A DNA stretch of 62,771 nt, counting the filler, from Polymyxa betae A26-41 (taxonomy: Eukaryota; Protista; Endomyxa: Phytomyxea): NCBI GenBank assembly GCA_003693705.1. It is 4 parts of 4 records of this genome, joined end to end, with 100 filler letters (N's around TTAATTAATTAA, not from the genome) between each part and the next. Parts side by side here need not be neighbours in the genome. Positions count along the whole stretch, not along the records: positions 1 to 26,468 come from RBZT01000464.1; 3 more parts are not named here. One strand, 5' to 3'. Positions 12,229 through 25,374 of the stretch are shown here, in pieces. The stretch's first letter is position 1, and the number at the start of each line of letters is the position of its first letter. The notes under the pieces are model-generated. The model saw nothing but the letters and a program-made list of their open reading frames with translations, made no database searches and was not told the DNA's origin. The position numbers were made by a program, and so were the translations under genes.

Positions 12229-12962
12229 TTACACGGATTATTTTACGTGCGAACACCAAGTGGTGGTCGCAAGAAGACAAAAATAGCAGAGAAACGACAA
12301 AAATAGTGGAGGAACCATGCGTAAACGCCACTTCACCCTCTCGAGGTCTTTTAAAATAGGAAAAAATATCATGTAAAACACGTGCTGCGGTAGGAAAGGT
12401 AGCCTTGAGTAACAGGGGATATCTTTCTATAGATATTTTGCATCTTCCCAGGAATCTTCAACTTCAGTGAAACCACGCCATCGGACTACTAACTGCCAAT
12501 GACGACGTTCGAGTTTTTGCATCCAAAATATCTTCAACTTCGTAAATAGCGGATTCTGCAGCAACATGTTGAAGCTCAGATGTGAGGTTAAGCGAGCTAT
12601 CAGAATAAATTTGGAAACGCTGTGAATGAACGTCAAGTTGATGATGGGAAATCAAATTTTCAATTCGGAAAACGAAATCGGAAATGCATTCGACGACACT
12701 AGCAGGACCCTGCCACTTATTTCGTGAGTTTTTGACGAGATTTAAATGGCGTATAGTAAAAGACGTAACCTACAGAGAACCGAGGTTGCGGAGACCGGCG
12801 CTTTCGGTTAGCACGCTCGTGAGATTGTCGCCGAACGTCAGTAACCTCACGATGCATATCACGCATGGAGAGTTGCAAATCAGAAATTCGAGCATCGAGC
12901 TCATCCTTCGACAAGGGGACTGTTATGAAGTTTCGAGTGACAGGGGACCAGATTGCATCTAA

Positions 12963-13583
12963 TCCTGATCGGACTCCGTGGTGGTATACATTATATACCA
13001 CAGCGATTTTTTGAGCGTAATTCGAAAAATATTGGGTTTACGGAGAAATTCTCTGACAACAGAATGAAGAACAGGAAATTTCCTATCGAGGTATACCAAA
13101 AGTCGCACAAAAATGTGTTTAGGTTTGCTATTAGAATCTCTGTTGATAATGACCATTTTCGTTTAATTTACCCCACGCACATTTGTATGCGGCGGTATAT
13201 AATATATACAACCGCTGGAGAGAACAATTCATGAAGAGTCCATTTTGGTCGTAGAAGCATACCCCAATCAACCAATTCATCCCCAGCCAAGTCATCATTG
13301 AAGAAAGAGTCCAGGTCAGCAATTACGTCAGAATCAGCCAACATAGTTTAGTAATTAGAGGCACCTTTGCAATGAATGCAGTTAAATTGGCCATGGCTAA
13401 AATATCTCAAAAAAAATATTGGTGCAAAAATTCAGTGTCATCAGTTTATTAGATTAGGCGTTATGATTGTTCAACATCAGGCTTTTTGCCACGTGGCGGT
13501 ATATATTCTATGCCGCCGGGGGGTTCGGTGATTTTTGGAAGATTGCGTTGCGGTATATAATATATCCCGCCGCTCGATCAGAG
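12963..13583. mobile_element. piggyBac-like non-autonomous element (621 bp)
   Basis: Ends TCCTGATCG / CGATCAGAG with longer subterminal inverted repeats (GGTATAYATTATATACC). CTAA duplicated at 12959-12962 and 13584-13587. Removal restores integrase HPSSP-L-DAIW. Confidence 0.7.
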
Positions 13584-15333
13584 CTAAAGGTGAGCTGGGA
13601 TGAGACCCAGTATGTAACGTAATTGGAGCGTTGACAGAATCCGGAGATATAGCGTTATTTAAAGCAAAGCGAACAAGAGGAGGCCATTGCTGGCGAGTGA
13701 GACGTAATTCAGAGCATCACGATCGGAAACCATTCAGAATTTAACGATTGCAATTTTCTATAGAAGCATGCGTCCACGGGGCAATTAACTTAATGAAATA
13801 GGTGGTTAGAATGAAGCAGAATAGACAGTTCAGAAATAACTTGGTTAAGAAAACGTGAGCCTTGATCAGAAATTCAGGTAAGAACAACACCATGACAACT
13901 GAAGTACAGTAGTAAGGAGTCGGCGGTATGTGCAGCATAGGGAACTGAATCAGGAAAGAGATCGCATAACCCGGAGAAGCGATCTCGAACAATGAGAACG
14001 TATTCAAGGCCTGAGTCCGAAAATTCAAGCGTCAGATAATCAAAATGTATTATATCATTAGGTTTTCGGAGACAACTTGAGAACCAAAAGGGCGAGGAAT
14101 TGATTCACCACTGCGAGAGGATATACAATGTAGGCATTGCTTAACAAAGGCGGAAACATCATCACGAATGCCTTTCCAGTATAATCGAGCAAGAACAGAT
14201 GATAAAGAGCGATCACCACGGTGTACAGCAGTACCGCAATGAGCGACGATAGAAATGGGTAAAATAAGAGCAGAATCTTCTTCATGTACCAGAACGATTT
14301 CACCTTGGAAAAAAACGCCACATTCTTTTGAGAAAGTCTGAGATTCGACAACAAACCGATTGGACATCAGGATCGTAAAATTTTTGCTGAGATTCGATGA
14401 CAGTTTCAAATGTTGGAAATTAGAAATCATGGGATTCCATAGGAGAAATTTGTCCAGATGGAATGGCGGAAACACGACAAGCACTGAGCACGATTTGTAC
14501 TTCAAGGAGCCGCCCAGCGTGTTGGCATATCGGCCCACACATTACGTTCACCTGGAATATGTTCAATGGTGTAATAAAAGGAAGAAAGCTTGAGACTCCA
14601 ACGATGTACTTAAGCGGAATGCTAGAAGCCGATGGATCAAAGATGAGTACCAATTCCTATGATCGTTGAAGATGTGGAAGGGCTGTTCACCAATCAACAA
14701 GTAATCGAATCTGGAAATCGCAACGATGATAGGAAAAGATTCTTTCTCTGGTATTGACCAGCGTGACGAAGCTCACTGAAAAGTTCGGCTATCGAATGCT
14801 AAAGGCAGATGTAACTGCTCAGAGATAGGCTTCAATATATCAGATGCCGGAGCTTGTGTAACCATAATAGAACAGAGACCACCAAATGAGTGGGTAAACA
14901 AACATTTCTCTAAATCGGGGAGAGGATTTGAAAGCTCAACAACATGATTCAAAGCTTCGATGATAGTTAGGAAATATGATTCAGTTTCAGAAGTCCAAAG
15001 CGAAATTGGAAGCGGAACACGTTTTGCGGACTTTTTGAGCGCTCAGAAGAGCCTTGAAGAAGCGACTTTAGAAGCGAACGAAGTGGAACAACTTTCTGAG
15101 CGAATAGAGGAATATGGAGAGCTAACAACTGGCAAGCGCACAGGAACTGCTTAAAGTCACCAGCGTTATGTGGATGAGGGAAGTTAGATACTGGTTCAAG
15201 TAGAAAAATTGCGGGAATAAAAATTCCAGTGAAAAAGTAGCAGTCTCCGGAAATGGCGGCACCGCTATTTCGTGATAGCGGGGCCTCCATTTCCGGAGGC
15301 TGTGCGCTGTTTCTCTGCTGCCGTCTTGGCGTC

Positions 15334-16186
15334 ATGGGTAGGCAGTTTTGAGCGACCATTTTGTCACCATCTGTTCCAGCTGAACCGGCGGAAACTTCCA
15401 CACCTGTCTGCAGCACTCCTGCTACCAAGCGCCGTGGGAGGAAGCCGAAATCCCAAACCGGGAGCAGTATCCGTTGGAATAACGAAATGATCGAAAGTTT
15501 AATGACTGCAAGATTCAAAACCTACGGTCAGTTCTTCAGAGAAGTTAAGAACAGCCATAAACTCTCGGAGGGGTGGTCAAAAGTCGCATACGAGGTTTGC
15601 AAAGTGACCAATCAAATTGTCAATGGCGAAATATGCCGTCAGCAATTCGGACGATTGCAGACAAAATGGCGAGACCACAAGCCTGAAGGAAAAGAATCTG
15701 TTCGAACGGGTAACCAGGATCCCGGCAATAACGTAAAGGACGACACGTTTGCCACCATTTAGCCGTTTTTTTGAAAAAGCCGGGCTGTGGCTCTAACTTG
15801 GGCCAGGCCACTGATGATCATGATTCGACGCCGGAAGCTGCTGACAGCGATTCATCCTCTGACAGTGAAATCGAAATGCAACCGAAACCCATGAAACTGT
15901 TCAAGCCAGACCTGCCAAAAAGCCGCTGACTTCGGCTGAAGGAATAGCAATGCTAGGGCAGTCGTTTGATGGAGTTGGAATCAAAGTTGCTGAGGGACTT
16001 AGATCGATAGCATCGTCATTAGGCTCTAGGACCTCTGGCAATGACGACATCATGAAGTTCCTTGACAAAAATCGTGAGGAACGAAGAAAATGCGAGAAAC
16101 ATTGGATCGTGTTGCTTCGATTCAGGAAGCGACGTTGCAGTTTATGCCGAGATTCATGTCTAATCAGTAAAGATGGCTGGTTATGA
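15334..16186 (+). pseudogene. Harbinger Myb/SANT-like DNA-binding protein
   Basis: KRRGRKPK, RWNNEMIESL..WSKVA..CRQQFGRLQTKW trihelix pattern; internal stops. Confidence 0.8.
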
Positions 16187-16229
16187 TTTCCAGAGATAAT
16201 CTCGGATAGAGTCCCGCTTGCGTTTTGCA

Positions 16230-17726
16230 ACCTCCCCTGGTATTGCTTGTGCTTCTTCGCCATCTCCTCCTGCGTTGCGTTGCGTCGGATGTCATCATCG
16301 TCACGTTCCTCATCGTCATTTAGATGAATGAAGATATTGTGCAAGATGAAGCAGGCTCGAATCACTCGCGACGTCTGCTTCACTGCAACCTTTTCCGGTC
16401 TGTTGTTGCTATTCCCGTTGTTAAGATTGCCTTCCTGATTGAGAACGGATTTGAAAATGCGAAATCGGTTCTTCAATCTTCCAAGGGTAATTTCAACAGG
16501 CATCCTGGTTTGAGAATGCAGATGATTATAGATTTTTCCTTTCTGGTCATACCATCGTGTATCTCGTATGGAATCATACAGTGGGCAAAGAACTGATAAC
16601 CCGCATCTGCAACAATCATCTTGTCATTCGGAAGCTTCTGCGTAATCGTCTGTCCGAATTCCGATCGGTTATAGACACCTCTATCGTTTTCAGATCCCGG
16701 CCGCAAGCAATAATCTCGATTTCTCATCTGGTAATCAACAACAATCTGCGCGTTGATAGCAGGATAACCCTTTCTGCAGTACCACCCTTCATAATCTGCA
16801 GGTCGTTCAATCGCGATAAGGGAGCCATCAACAGCTAGGCATGTGTCGGGAAATCCACAAATTGCTTCGAAACCTTTCGACAGATCCTCCCATTCATCGA
16901 GCGCTTCAGGCAAGCGAATAAATTTACGCCCCAGACACTTAATGAAAACGCGGATAACTTGATCAATGTACCGAACTGCTGACGCTTTGCTCAAACCAAA
17001 AACTCCAGCAGAGTAAACAACAGATTATGAATGCGTTAAGTAATGCAGACGAACTGCGACACGATCACGATGGAAGAACCGAGCGTTATGACTGATCACA
17101 GAGTTGACTGCATCCCAAGCGGTTGTAATGTATACCTGTTGAGTTTCTGCTCCGGGAAGCGGCTACTATTTAGAGCGATGTGAGCTAAACACAATCAATA
17201 ACAGAATGAATGTATTATATAAGGAAGTCAGCGTCTTATAGATGCCCCAATTAGGACCTGCTTCATATACCTAGAAACTCCGTGGCTGATTTTACATGTA
17301 CAGTGGCTGCTGCCCTCGGCACTGTACTGCCAGAGGAGAGGAAGTGCATGTCGGAGTTTTCCATCTGCACTGGAGGGCTTGATGTCTCCTGACTGACGGT
17401 TAATGTAGGGATACTAGTCGAGCGGCAGCACATATCGTAGATGAGATTGGCTTCCTGCTCAAGAATCCCACAATTTTATCAAAAGACGACTTGTTACACT
17501 GATTCCGAAACCATCATTCGTCGAACCATACGTTTGCATCGGCTATGGGAAATTGTGAGTCGCGAATCGACCATCCAACCGATGCAGGCCGTCTGGACGA
17601 GCGGCCATCCCAAGAAATATCAGACGCCGCCAGGACAGCCGTAGTGAGACAGCTGGTCAATGTAATTTGGACAGCAGCGCCCAAAGCGCCGATCAAAGCC
17701 GCCACTTCGTGGTCAGATAGGTTCAT
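16230..17726 (-). pseudogene. Harbinger DDE transposase (HARBI1-like)
   Basis: GFPDTCLAVDGSLI, CRKGYPAINAQIVVD, PGSENDR, VADAGY, VEITLGRLKNRFRI, ACFILHN; frameshifted. Confidence 0.92.
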
Positions 17727-19368
17727 GATTGGCGAAGAAACGCCGATAATTATGAGAAATGGACCCTCTGAGTGTCCATTAAATAATAGCGCAAAAATAG
17801 CGCCACGGGATTTCGGGGGTCGAAATCTGATTGGCTCGATTGAAAAATAGCGGTACCGCGTTTTTTACTTGAACCAGTCTCATACAAAGAGCAAGAATAC
17901 GATCTGGATCATTTGAAACACCGGTTTGACAATATATCAGGCCACACCAGCGAACAGAGGTACAGTAGAAAGTACCGCGAGCTGCATTTAGCTTCAGACC
18001 GTATTGACGACAAAACGGAAAGATCTTCTCCAGGAAGGACTGCAGAAATAAATCGTCCGGGCAATGAAGCAGTAAGTCATCAACCCAAATCAATAACTGC
18101 TCGAGAGATAATGAAGGACGAAATATAGAGTCCATTGAACTCTGAAATGCAAAAACGGAATTTAGATTACCTTGTGGGAGACGCAAAGGTGTGAATATAC
18201 CTAAAGACGTTATCATCGACTGACTATCTTGTGCCAGAACCACTGAAAAGCATCCAGATTACAGAAGCATTTGGAGAAAGTAAGCACCAACTGTCAGTAA
18301 ATAAGGCATAGGGTAGACGAGGCGTTTTGTTACGGCATTTGGAACGAGTAAATCGCAGACCGAACCAAACGATGTAGATGGTAAACTAGACTTCGCAACA
18401 CCGAATGCTGGAGAGGCCCAACAAGAAGAAGCGTTCAGATATCCATAGTCGAAATCAATCAACATTTGAAAATGCTGGGAAAAAAACTTGCGATGGAGGG
18501 GTGGGTACCGTCAAAAAGGACAGAGCTTCGGTTCAGCATTAGCTAGAAGTGCAATGGATACTGGACGAACTTTAACTGGTGGATCTGGTCTCAACTTCAA
18601 ATGAAATATATCGACACAATCACGAACTAGACGACGTAAGCCATCAATAAAGTTTTGAGAAGCGTGATCAGAAGCTTTGTCAACAGCACATTCAAGAGTA
18701 GACATGACCTCAGAGTGATCGTCGAGACAAAATTCGACAAAATCAGATTCATCATCGGCCACAATGCTTGTTTTCGCGGAGGGAGTTCTGTCAGTAAATT
18801 CAGAATGTTGACTAGAAGCGATATCACATAATTGTTTTTCAACATCAATGCCAAGACAGAGTAACAGCGGACGACCTACGAGGGCATCCGGCATGGGCTT
18901 ATCGGCGACATGGTCGCGATGGCGGCGGACAATAACCGGGCCAGCGATAGCACGAATATGAGTATCGAGAAGAGTGGTAAATGTTACAGTAAGGGTTGAG
19001 CCATCAGCAAGTGTGAAAGAAAAATCAGGAGGTTCAATTTCAGGATTGGCTGACAGTAAATGTTCCCAGGCATTAATACCCATGATAGTAACATCGGCGC
19101 CATCATCAACTGCAGAGGTGAAATTTGTTGGGCACCATTAACTTCAACAATTACACGCGAAATACGAGAGATCGGTTTCGAGAACAAAGCCGTCGGAGAA
19201 AAATCTAAGGCAATAGCCCTACATAAAGACTGCTCAACAAGAAGAGGATCCACAGCAAACTCAGGCTGCGTTTCGGAAATTGAGGAACCTGAAAATGATA
19301 ATTGGGATCTGGCAATGAAGGAACGAAATCAGCAAGTATCGAGGTTATGGGTAAATGGATGAAGATTC

Positions 19369-22300
19369 TGATGACGTAAAAGCGCTATCTTCTCCATCCG
19401 CATAATTCAAGTTCCAAACTTCCGACGGAGAAGTTGCCCCAGCACTTCCGTCGTCTGTCAATTCAATCCAATTACGCCTCATGCAATCACTTCTTCATTC
19501 TTACTCAATTGTGAACTTGTGCTATTCCTAACTATATTCTACTTCTAACCAGCCACCGCCTAATAGATTAAGAGTCCTACTCTGCTCCAAAAAGACGCCA
19601 AACACGAAGTGGAAGGCCAAGCAACAACCTTGACGAACAGCAAGCAAAGGTGGACAGAATGAGAAGCCGGCCCAGCCGCGCTCAAAGTCAAACTCTGAAC
19701 CGGAACCCAAATCAGATTAATGTTCATTATCTGACTGAAGAAGTCGATCTCTCGAAACACTACTCAGGGCTGAAACTCATCCCGCAATTTAATGGTTCGA
19801 ACTGGGAAGAGTTCAAGAGAAAGCGGGAAATGCAGTTTACGATCATGGGCCTGGAGAGTTTCCTTGATCATACCCCAAGACCAACGAATATGATCGAAGT
19901 CCGCAACGACAAACTCGCGTCCGCGCAAATATGCCTCTGACTTACTCAATCACAGTATAAGCAAGTATCTACATGCAGAACTACATGCGAAATTAGGAAT
20001 AAGTTACGGCACGTTTATGAACAATCAGCGGAATCAAAAGCATCATCCCTGTTTAATCAATCTATTCATCTCCAGAAAAAGCCTTCTGAGACGATGAAGT
20101 CATATTTGGACAAGATCACAGGACTATATAATGATCTTCAAGTATACGATATCAGTATCGGCGAACTCGCGTTGTGCACAAAAACGCTGGATGGCCTACC
20201 TGAGACCTACCTGCAAATCAAAGCCGCAGCAAGAGCATCTCAAGGAATGACGATGACGAGGTTGACGAACCTTACTATCTGGTGAGCGTGACTAGAAACT
20301 CGACGCAAAACTACCTGCACATCAAGATGAGATCAAAAACCTGAACACAGAATGAAGGCGTTACAAACGCAGTTCAAAAGGATGAACAGAAGCGGAAACC
20401 GAAAATATTGCACAAGGTGTAAAACAGCACGCACAAAACTGCTGAATGTTGGTTCCGCAAGGACCAGAAAGACAAAAAAATCAAAAGTTAAAATTAATGC
20501 TGCAAATAACTCTGATTCAAATGAGCAAGAGAACGACACTGAGGTTTTTACAGGATTTCATACACAAGGTGGCCAACAAGCACAAAAATCCTACCTTATT
20601 GACGGCGGTGCCAACTTCAATATGACGAATGACAGATCGATCCTACAGAACTACCGCAAGACGGAGAACACGATCGAAATCACAAGCAGCAACCGAGGGA
20701 AAGTACAAGAATACGGAGCTGGAACACTCATTATCAACAGTAACCATCCGCTTCACATCCACAATGTCCTTTTCGTGCCTAAATTATCAAAGACACTCTT
20801 AGCCACAAAATCGTTTACTGAGCAAGGACTCACCATTCTTATAGGTAAAGAACGGCAGATCTTCGACCAAACTGGGAGAATTATCATCACGGCACAGCAT
20901 CATAATGGTCTGCATTACATTCATAATGGAGTGAATAGCGAAACGAACATGAGCATCGACCTGGAACTGGCCCACCGAAGGCTCGGACATGCGTCGGACG
21001 AACGTCTAAATCAATTATTATCAGCAACGGACGGAATCAAAATCACCAACAAAGAGAAACCGTTCTGCGACAGCAGCGCCCAAGGCAAAACCAGGCGCCA
21101 GCCATTTCTGGTGGAAAGGAAAACAAAGGCAATCCGCCCATTCGAAATAGTATCTTCCGACATCAAAGGACCACTTCTGGTGCCTATCAAAGAAGGGTTT
21201 CGGGATTACATTTCATTCAACTGTTTATATTTAACATGGACTCAGATAAAATTGCTGAAAACAAAAAGTGCCGAAGAAGTACTGAACGCAATCAAATGGT
21301 ACATCACGAACTCACAAGCTGAAACAAGCCAGCGAGTACCCACCGTACATTACGCCGTCTACACGCAGGACAAGCTACCGACTAGGAGGATCAAATGGAA
21401 AACACCGTACGAGCTATGTCATGGCAGGAAAACTGAAGTCAATCATCTGAGACCGTTCGGATGTATTACATACGCTCACGTGGATTCATCACTGCGGACA
21501 TCTCTACAGCCGGCATCGAGAAAATGCATATTTCTCGGATACGCGCCCAACCAAAAAGACAATATTGTACCAGATATTCAGAGTAACATCACTTTTGCGC
21601 GAGGAAACGTTACCTTTAACGAACAAGAAATGAACAACCAGATTATCCGGGAGTCAACAATCAACGAAGATCCAGACCCGCTAGCAGTAATCGAAGAATA
21701 TGGATATGATCTACAAGGACATTATTCATCAGAACAGCTACCAAGAGCTTATCAAGAATCGCAAAGAAGAACTGATGCAAACAAATGGCATAAAACAGCC
21801 CTTGAAGAACTACAAGCTCATAAAGAAAACGCAACGTAGATATTAGTAAAAATTCCACCACGAATGAAACCAATTAAAACAAGATGGGTATTCACCAAGA
21901 AACAACTTCAAAATGGCCAAGAAAAATACAAAGCTCGACTTGTAGCAAAAGGTTTTTCCCAAAAATACGGAATTGATTACCAAGAAACGTACTCATCTGT
22001 GCTCGCCCAAACATCTCTTCGAATACTGATCAGCATCGCAGTGAACAAAGACTGGAAAATTTACCAAAAAGACTCCACAACCGCTTATTTAAACGCACCC
22101 CCCTCCTAACTCCAATTTTTGTCGAACAACCTGAAGGCTTCATTAAGCAGATGAGCCATAAAGACAAAGTATGTTCGCTTAACAAAGCCTTATATGGACT
22201 CAAGCAGGCAGGGAGAGCATGGCAACACTCATTATTCTCTCTCATTAAATATCAAGGATACAAGCAATCAATGAAAGAGCCCTGTATATGGTATAAGCAT

Positions 22301-23517
22301 CAAGAAAAGAAATTGACGCTCATCGGAACTTACATTGACGACCTGATCATCACCAGTGACGATTATTCTGAAATTCAAAAATTAACATCAACTCTAGGCA
22401 AGACATTCAAGATGAAAGACCTTGGAGAACTAGATGAATTCTTAGGAATCAAAATGTTAAGAACCCAAAGAGGAAAAACTTTAACCCAAGACAAGTACAC
22501 TAAGGCAGTCGTGAACACGTTTGGACAAGACCAAAGCAAACCGACCCCTACACCGATGGCGGCGACATACGACCCAGGATATGGTCCCAGCCACGATGCC
22601 GAAGACGTCCGACGCGGACGAGATCTGACGACAACGACCGACGACGAGGCGACCGAGAAGAAGTACCCAATAAGAGGCGATCGGATGCTTAATGTATATG
22701 GCTAACGCAACCCGCCCAGATATTCCGTATGAGGTAAATTGCGTGAGCCGCTACGTTACCGCGCCAACAAAAACTTTATGGAGAGCAGTCCAGAAAATCA
22801 ACAAGTATTTGAACACTAACTACTGCAGGAATCGGACTTCACTTTACCAAAGGATCCACTCCGATTGAAGGATACGCTGACAGTGATTTTGCAGGCGATT
22901 GTCATGACCCCAAATCGACAACTGGTTTGGATTTACAAAATCGGCAACAGCACCGTATCCTGGAAAAGTGCGAAACAAAAAGCCGTAACCTTATCTACTA
23001 GGGAGGCGGAATACATGGCCGCCTCTGATGCTGTAAAGGAGGCAATCTGGCTGCAAGATCAATTATTGGAACTACAAATTATTCAAAACAAAACTTCTAT
23101 CCTACAACAAGATAAAGGGCGATCTTTTTACAGAACAATAATTGCAACAATATCAAGAACAAAGCACATCGACATCAAATATCACTTCATTCGGGAAAAA
23201 GTAAAAGAGGGCCGTATCAAAGTCATGTACTGTCCGACTGACAGGATGATCGCTGACATATTTACAAAACCGTTGTGCGAACAAAAATTCAAAATTCAAA
23301 GAATCAAGATATTAAATGAAACAGTTGCAGACTATGCCTCAGACAACATAGCGAAGGGGCGTGATAACTTGAAAGCGCTATCTTCTCCGTTCGCATAATT
23401 CAAGTTCCAAACTTCCGACAGAAGTTGCCCCACCACTTCCGTAGTCTATCAATTCAATCCAATTACACCTAATACAATCACTTCTTCATTCTTACTCAAT
23501 TGTGAACTTCTGCTATT
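19369..23517 (+). mobile_element. Degenerate Ty1/Copia LTR retrotransposon
   Basis: LTRs 19369-~19565 and 23362-23517 (3' copy truncated). Domain order gag (FNGSNW), protease (LIDGGA), GAG-pre-IN (AHRRLGH), IN, RT (KARLVAKGFSQ, LYGLKQ, YIDDL), RNase H (TKHIDIKYHFIRE). PPT AGCGAAGGGGCG. Confidence 0.95.
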
Positions 23518-25076
23518 AATTAGGTGGAGTCAACTCTACAGGCTCGTCTTGAGTCAATCAATCTCGACTCTGTTTGTACTGACAAATAAAAGACACTTTC
23601 GATTCTGTTTCTAACTTAGAACATCTTTAGTTTATCTCAAGCATCTTAGTTTAGTTTCAGTCAGCGTTTCCTACAAGTTCTGCTCAACTTCAGATTCTAC
23701 TTGGTTATCGGCTCAGAAATGCCACATCCAACACTGTCCCTTTCAGATATTCAGGAACTCCAAAATAATTATCAACAGCAAGTTGAAGCCATGCCTGCGC
23801 AGATCGAGCAGCTCCAACATCAACTTCTGCACAATCAGCAGCAAACGACTCTAACCCACCTGCAGCTCAATCCTTAGAACCAAATGTTCGTCTTCCAGAC
23901 CCATTCGATGGAGATCGTCGCAAACTGCATGGGTTTCTGAATCAGCTTAGACTTATTTGGAAGTTTCAGCCGCAACGTTATGCAGCAGATTCTGTAACAG
24001 TAGCCCTCTTGGGACCTTTATTAAAAGGGGCCGCTCTTCAATGGTTCTCTCCTCTACTTTAATCTAATGATGTTCGACTCAACGATGCAAACGTTGTTAT
24101 ACAATTGTTAGACGAAGCCTTTGGTGGCCCGGATCGCATTACTACGGCGCCTCGAAGAATAGAAACCCTTCAGCAAGGCCGTCGACCAGCCAGTGCCTAT
24201 GCTTCTGAATTTCGTCTCATTGCTGCAGATTTAGATTGGAATGACGCAGCCAAAATGTATTGGTTTCGTCGTGGGCTGAACAACGAGGTGAAACGATTTT
24301 TATTATCGAAGTCGAAATCGACTACTTTAGAAACTGCTATTAATGATGAGATTGAATGCGACAACCGTATCTTTGAACTTCGTTCGTTTGGCGATCGAAC
24401 CGCCTTATTTACAAATGCCGGGAGTCCGGCGACATCTAATCCACCGTCTGATCCAATGGTACTAGATGCAGCATTTTTCACGTAATCACAGCCCAGAGGG
24501 CCATTATCGTCTGATGAAAGTCAACATCGTATAGATAACGGCTTATGTCTTTACTGTGGTGAAGATGGACACATCGCAGTTAAATGCCCGAAACTCGCTA
24601 ACAGAACTTCGGGAAACGGCCCTCGGCGGGGATGAAATTGTCGGTCTCCACGCCTGCTCCTTATAAAGGATATTTCACGTTTCATAATTCCGACTCAACT
24701 CCTAATTATTTTATCACCAGCGTCAAATCTAATACTAACTGCAGTCCCGTTATATTAAGAGCTTTAGTTGATACAGGATCGTTCACAAATTGTGCGGACC
24801 ACGAAACTATGTTAGCTCTCAACATTCCGATTGTTGACAAGCTATCTGCGCTGAAGGCTGAAACAATAGATGGGACGAAATTAACAATCTCGCAAGCAAC
24901 ATTACCTTTGACTGCTGTTGTTGCTGATCATACTTATCTTACATCATTCAATATCATCAACTCCCCACATTTTCCTGTAATTCTTGGAATTCCATGGTTA
25001 AGAAAGCACAGACCAAGTTTCAATTGGGATAATATGACTATCAGACAAACATTTTTATCCCAAACTTTACATTGTT
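23518..25076 (+). mobile_element. 5' part of a chromovirus-type Ty3/Gypsy (LTR-like, gag, protease)
   Basis: gag VRLPDPFDGDRRKL, LQQGRRPASAYASEF, PMVLDA, zinc knuckle CLYCGEDGHIAVKC; protease ALVDTGS and ILGIPWL. Confidence 0.9.
24611..24655 (+). promoter_or_regulatory. Putative -1 ribosomal frameshift signal (gag/pol)
   Basis: Slippery GGGAAAC at 24611-24617 just after the zinc knuckle, followed by a potential stem GGCGGGGA...TCCACGCC. Confidence 0.7.
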
Positions 25077-25374
25077 AGTTAGCAGACCTTTTTTCCAAAA
25101 CCCGGTTTCATCCCATTGGGTTTTTCGGGGGCGGTTTTACTGGTGCTACTACAATTGTAGATAACACAAATTTCTGCCTTCTTCAACCATAAAATTGTTT
25201 TGGAGGAAGGTAGTGTATGGGGGCTGCGACCCCTGTGATAATATTGACTGGTGATGGACGTGATCAGACTGAACGGTAAAGAAGTATCCTGGAGATTCAT
25301 CATATTATATAGAATATGTATTTTTAAATGAGAAATAATCTTAATTCGATTACTGGGACAAACCACACAGAGCA

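Larger units (their letters stand above)
15187..17881. mobile_element. Full-length degenerate PIF/Harbinger transposon
   Basis: TIRs GA(T/G)ACTGGTTCAAGTA; TSD TTA/ATA. Excision restores the host RT (ILAL-CN-FPHP). Two convergent genes. Confidence 0.95.
11619..19368 (-). mobile_element. Degenerate chromodomain-bearing Ty3/Gypsy element hosting three DNA transposon insertions
   Basis: Protease region (18511-19253), RT (LPQGNLNS, LLIWVDDLL), RNase H, integrase (AHCGTAVHRG, CLHC), chromodomain (YEVEDILD..LVVRWRGFTEVEDSWE). PPT-like GAGAGGGTGAAGTGGC near 12327-12342 precedes a probable LTR at ~11619-12325. Confidence 0.9.
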
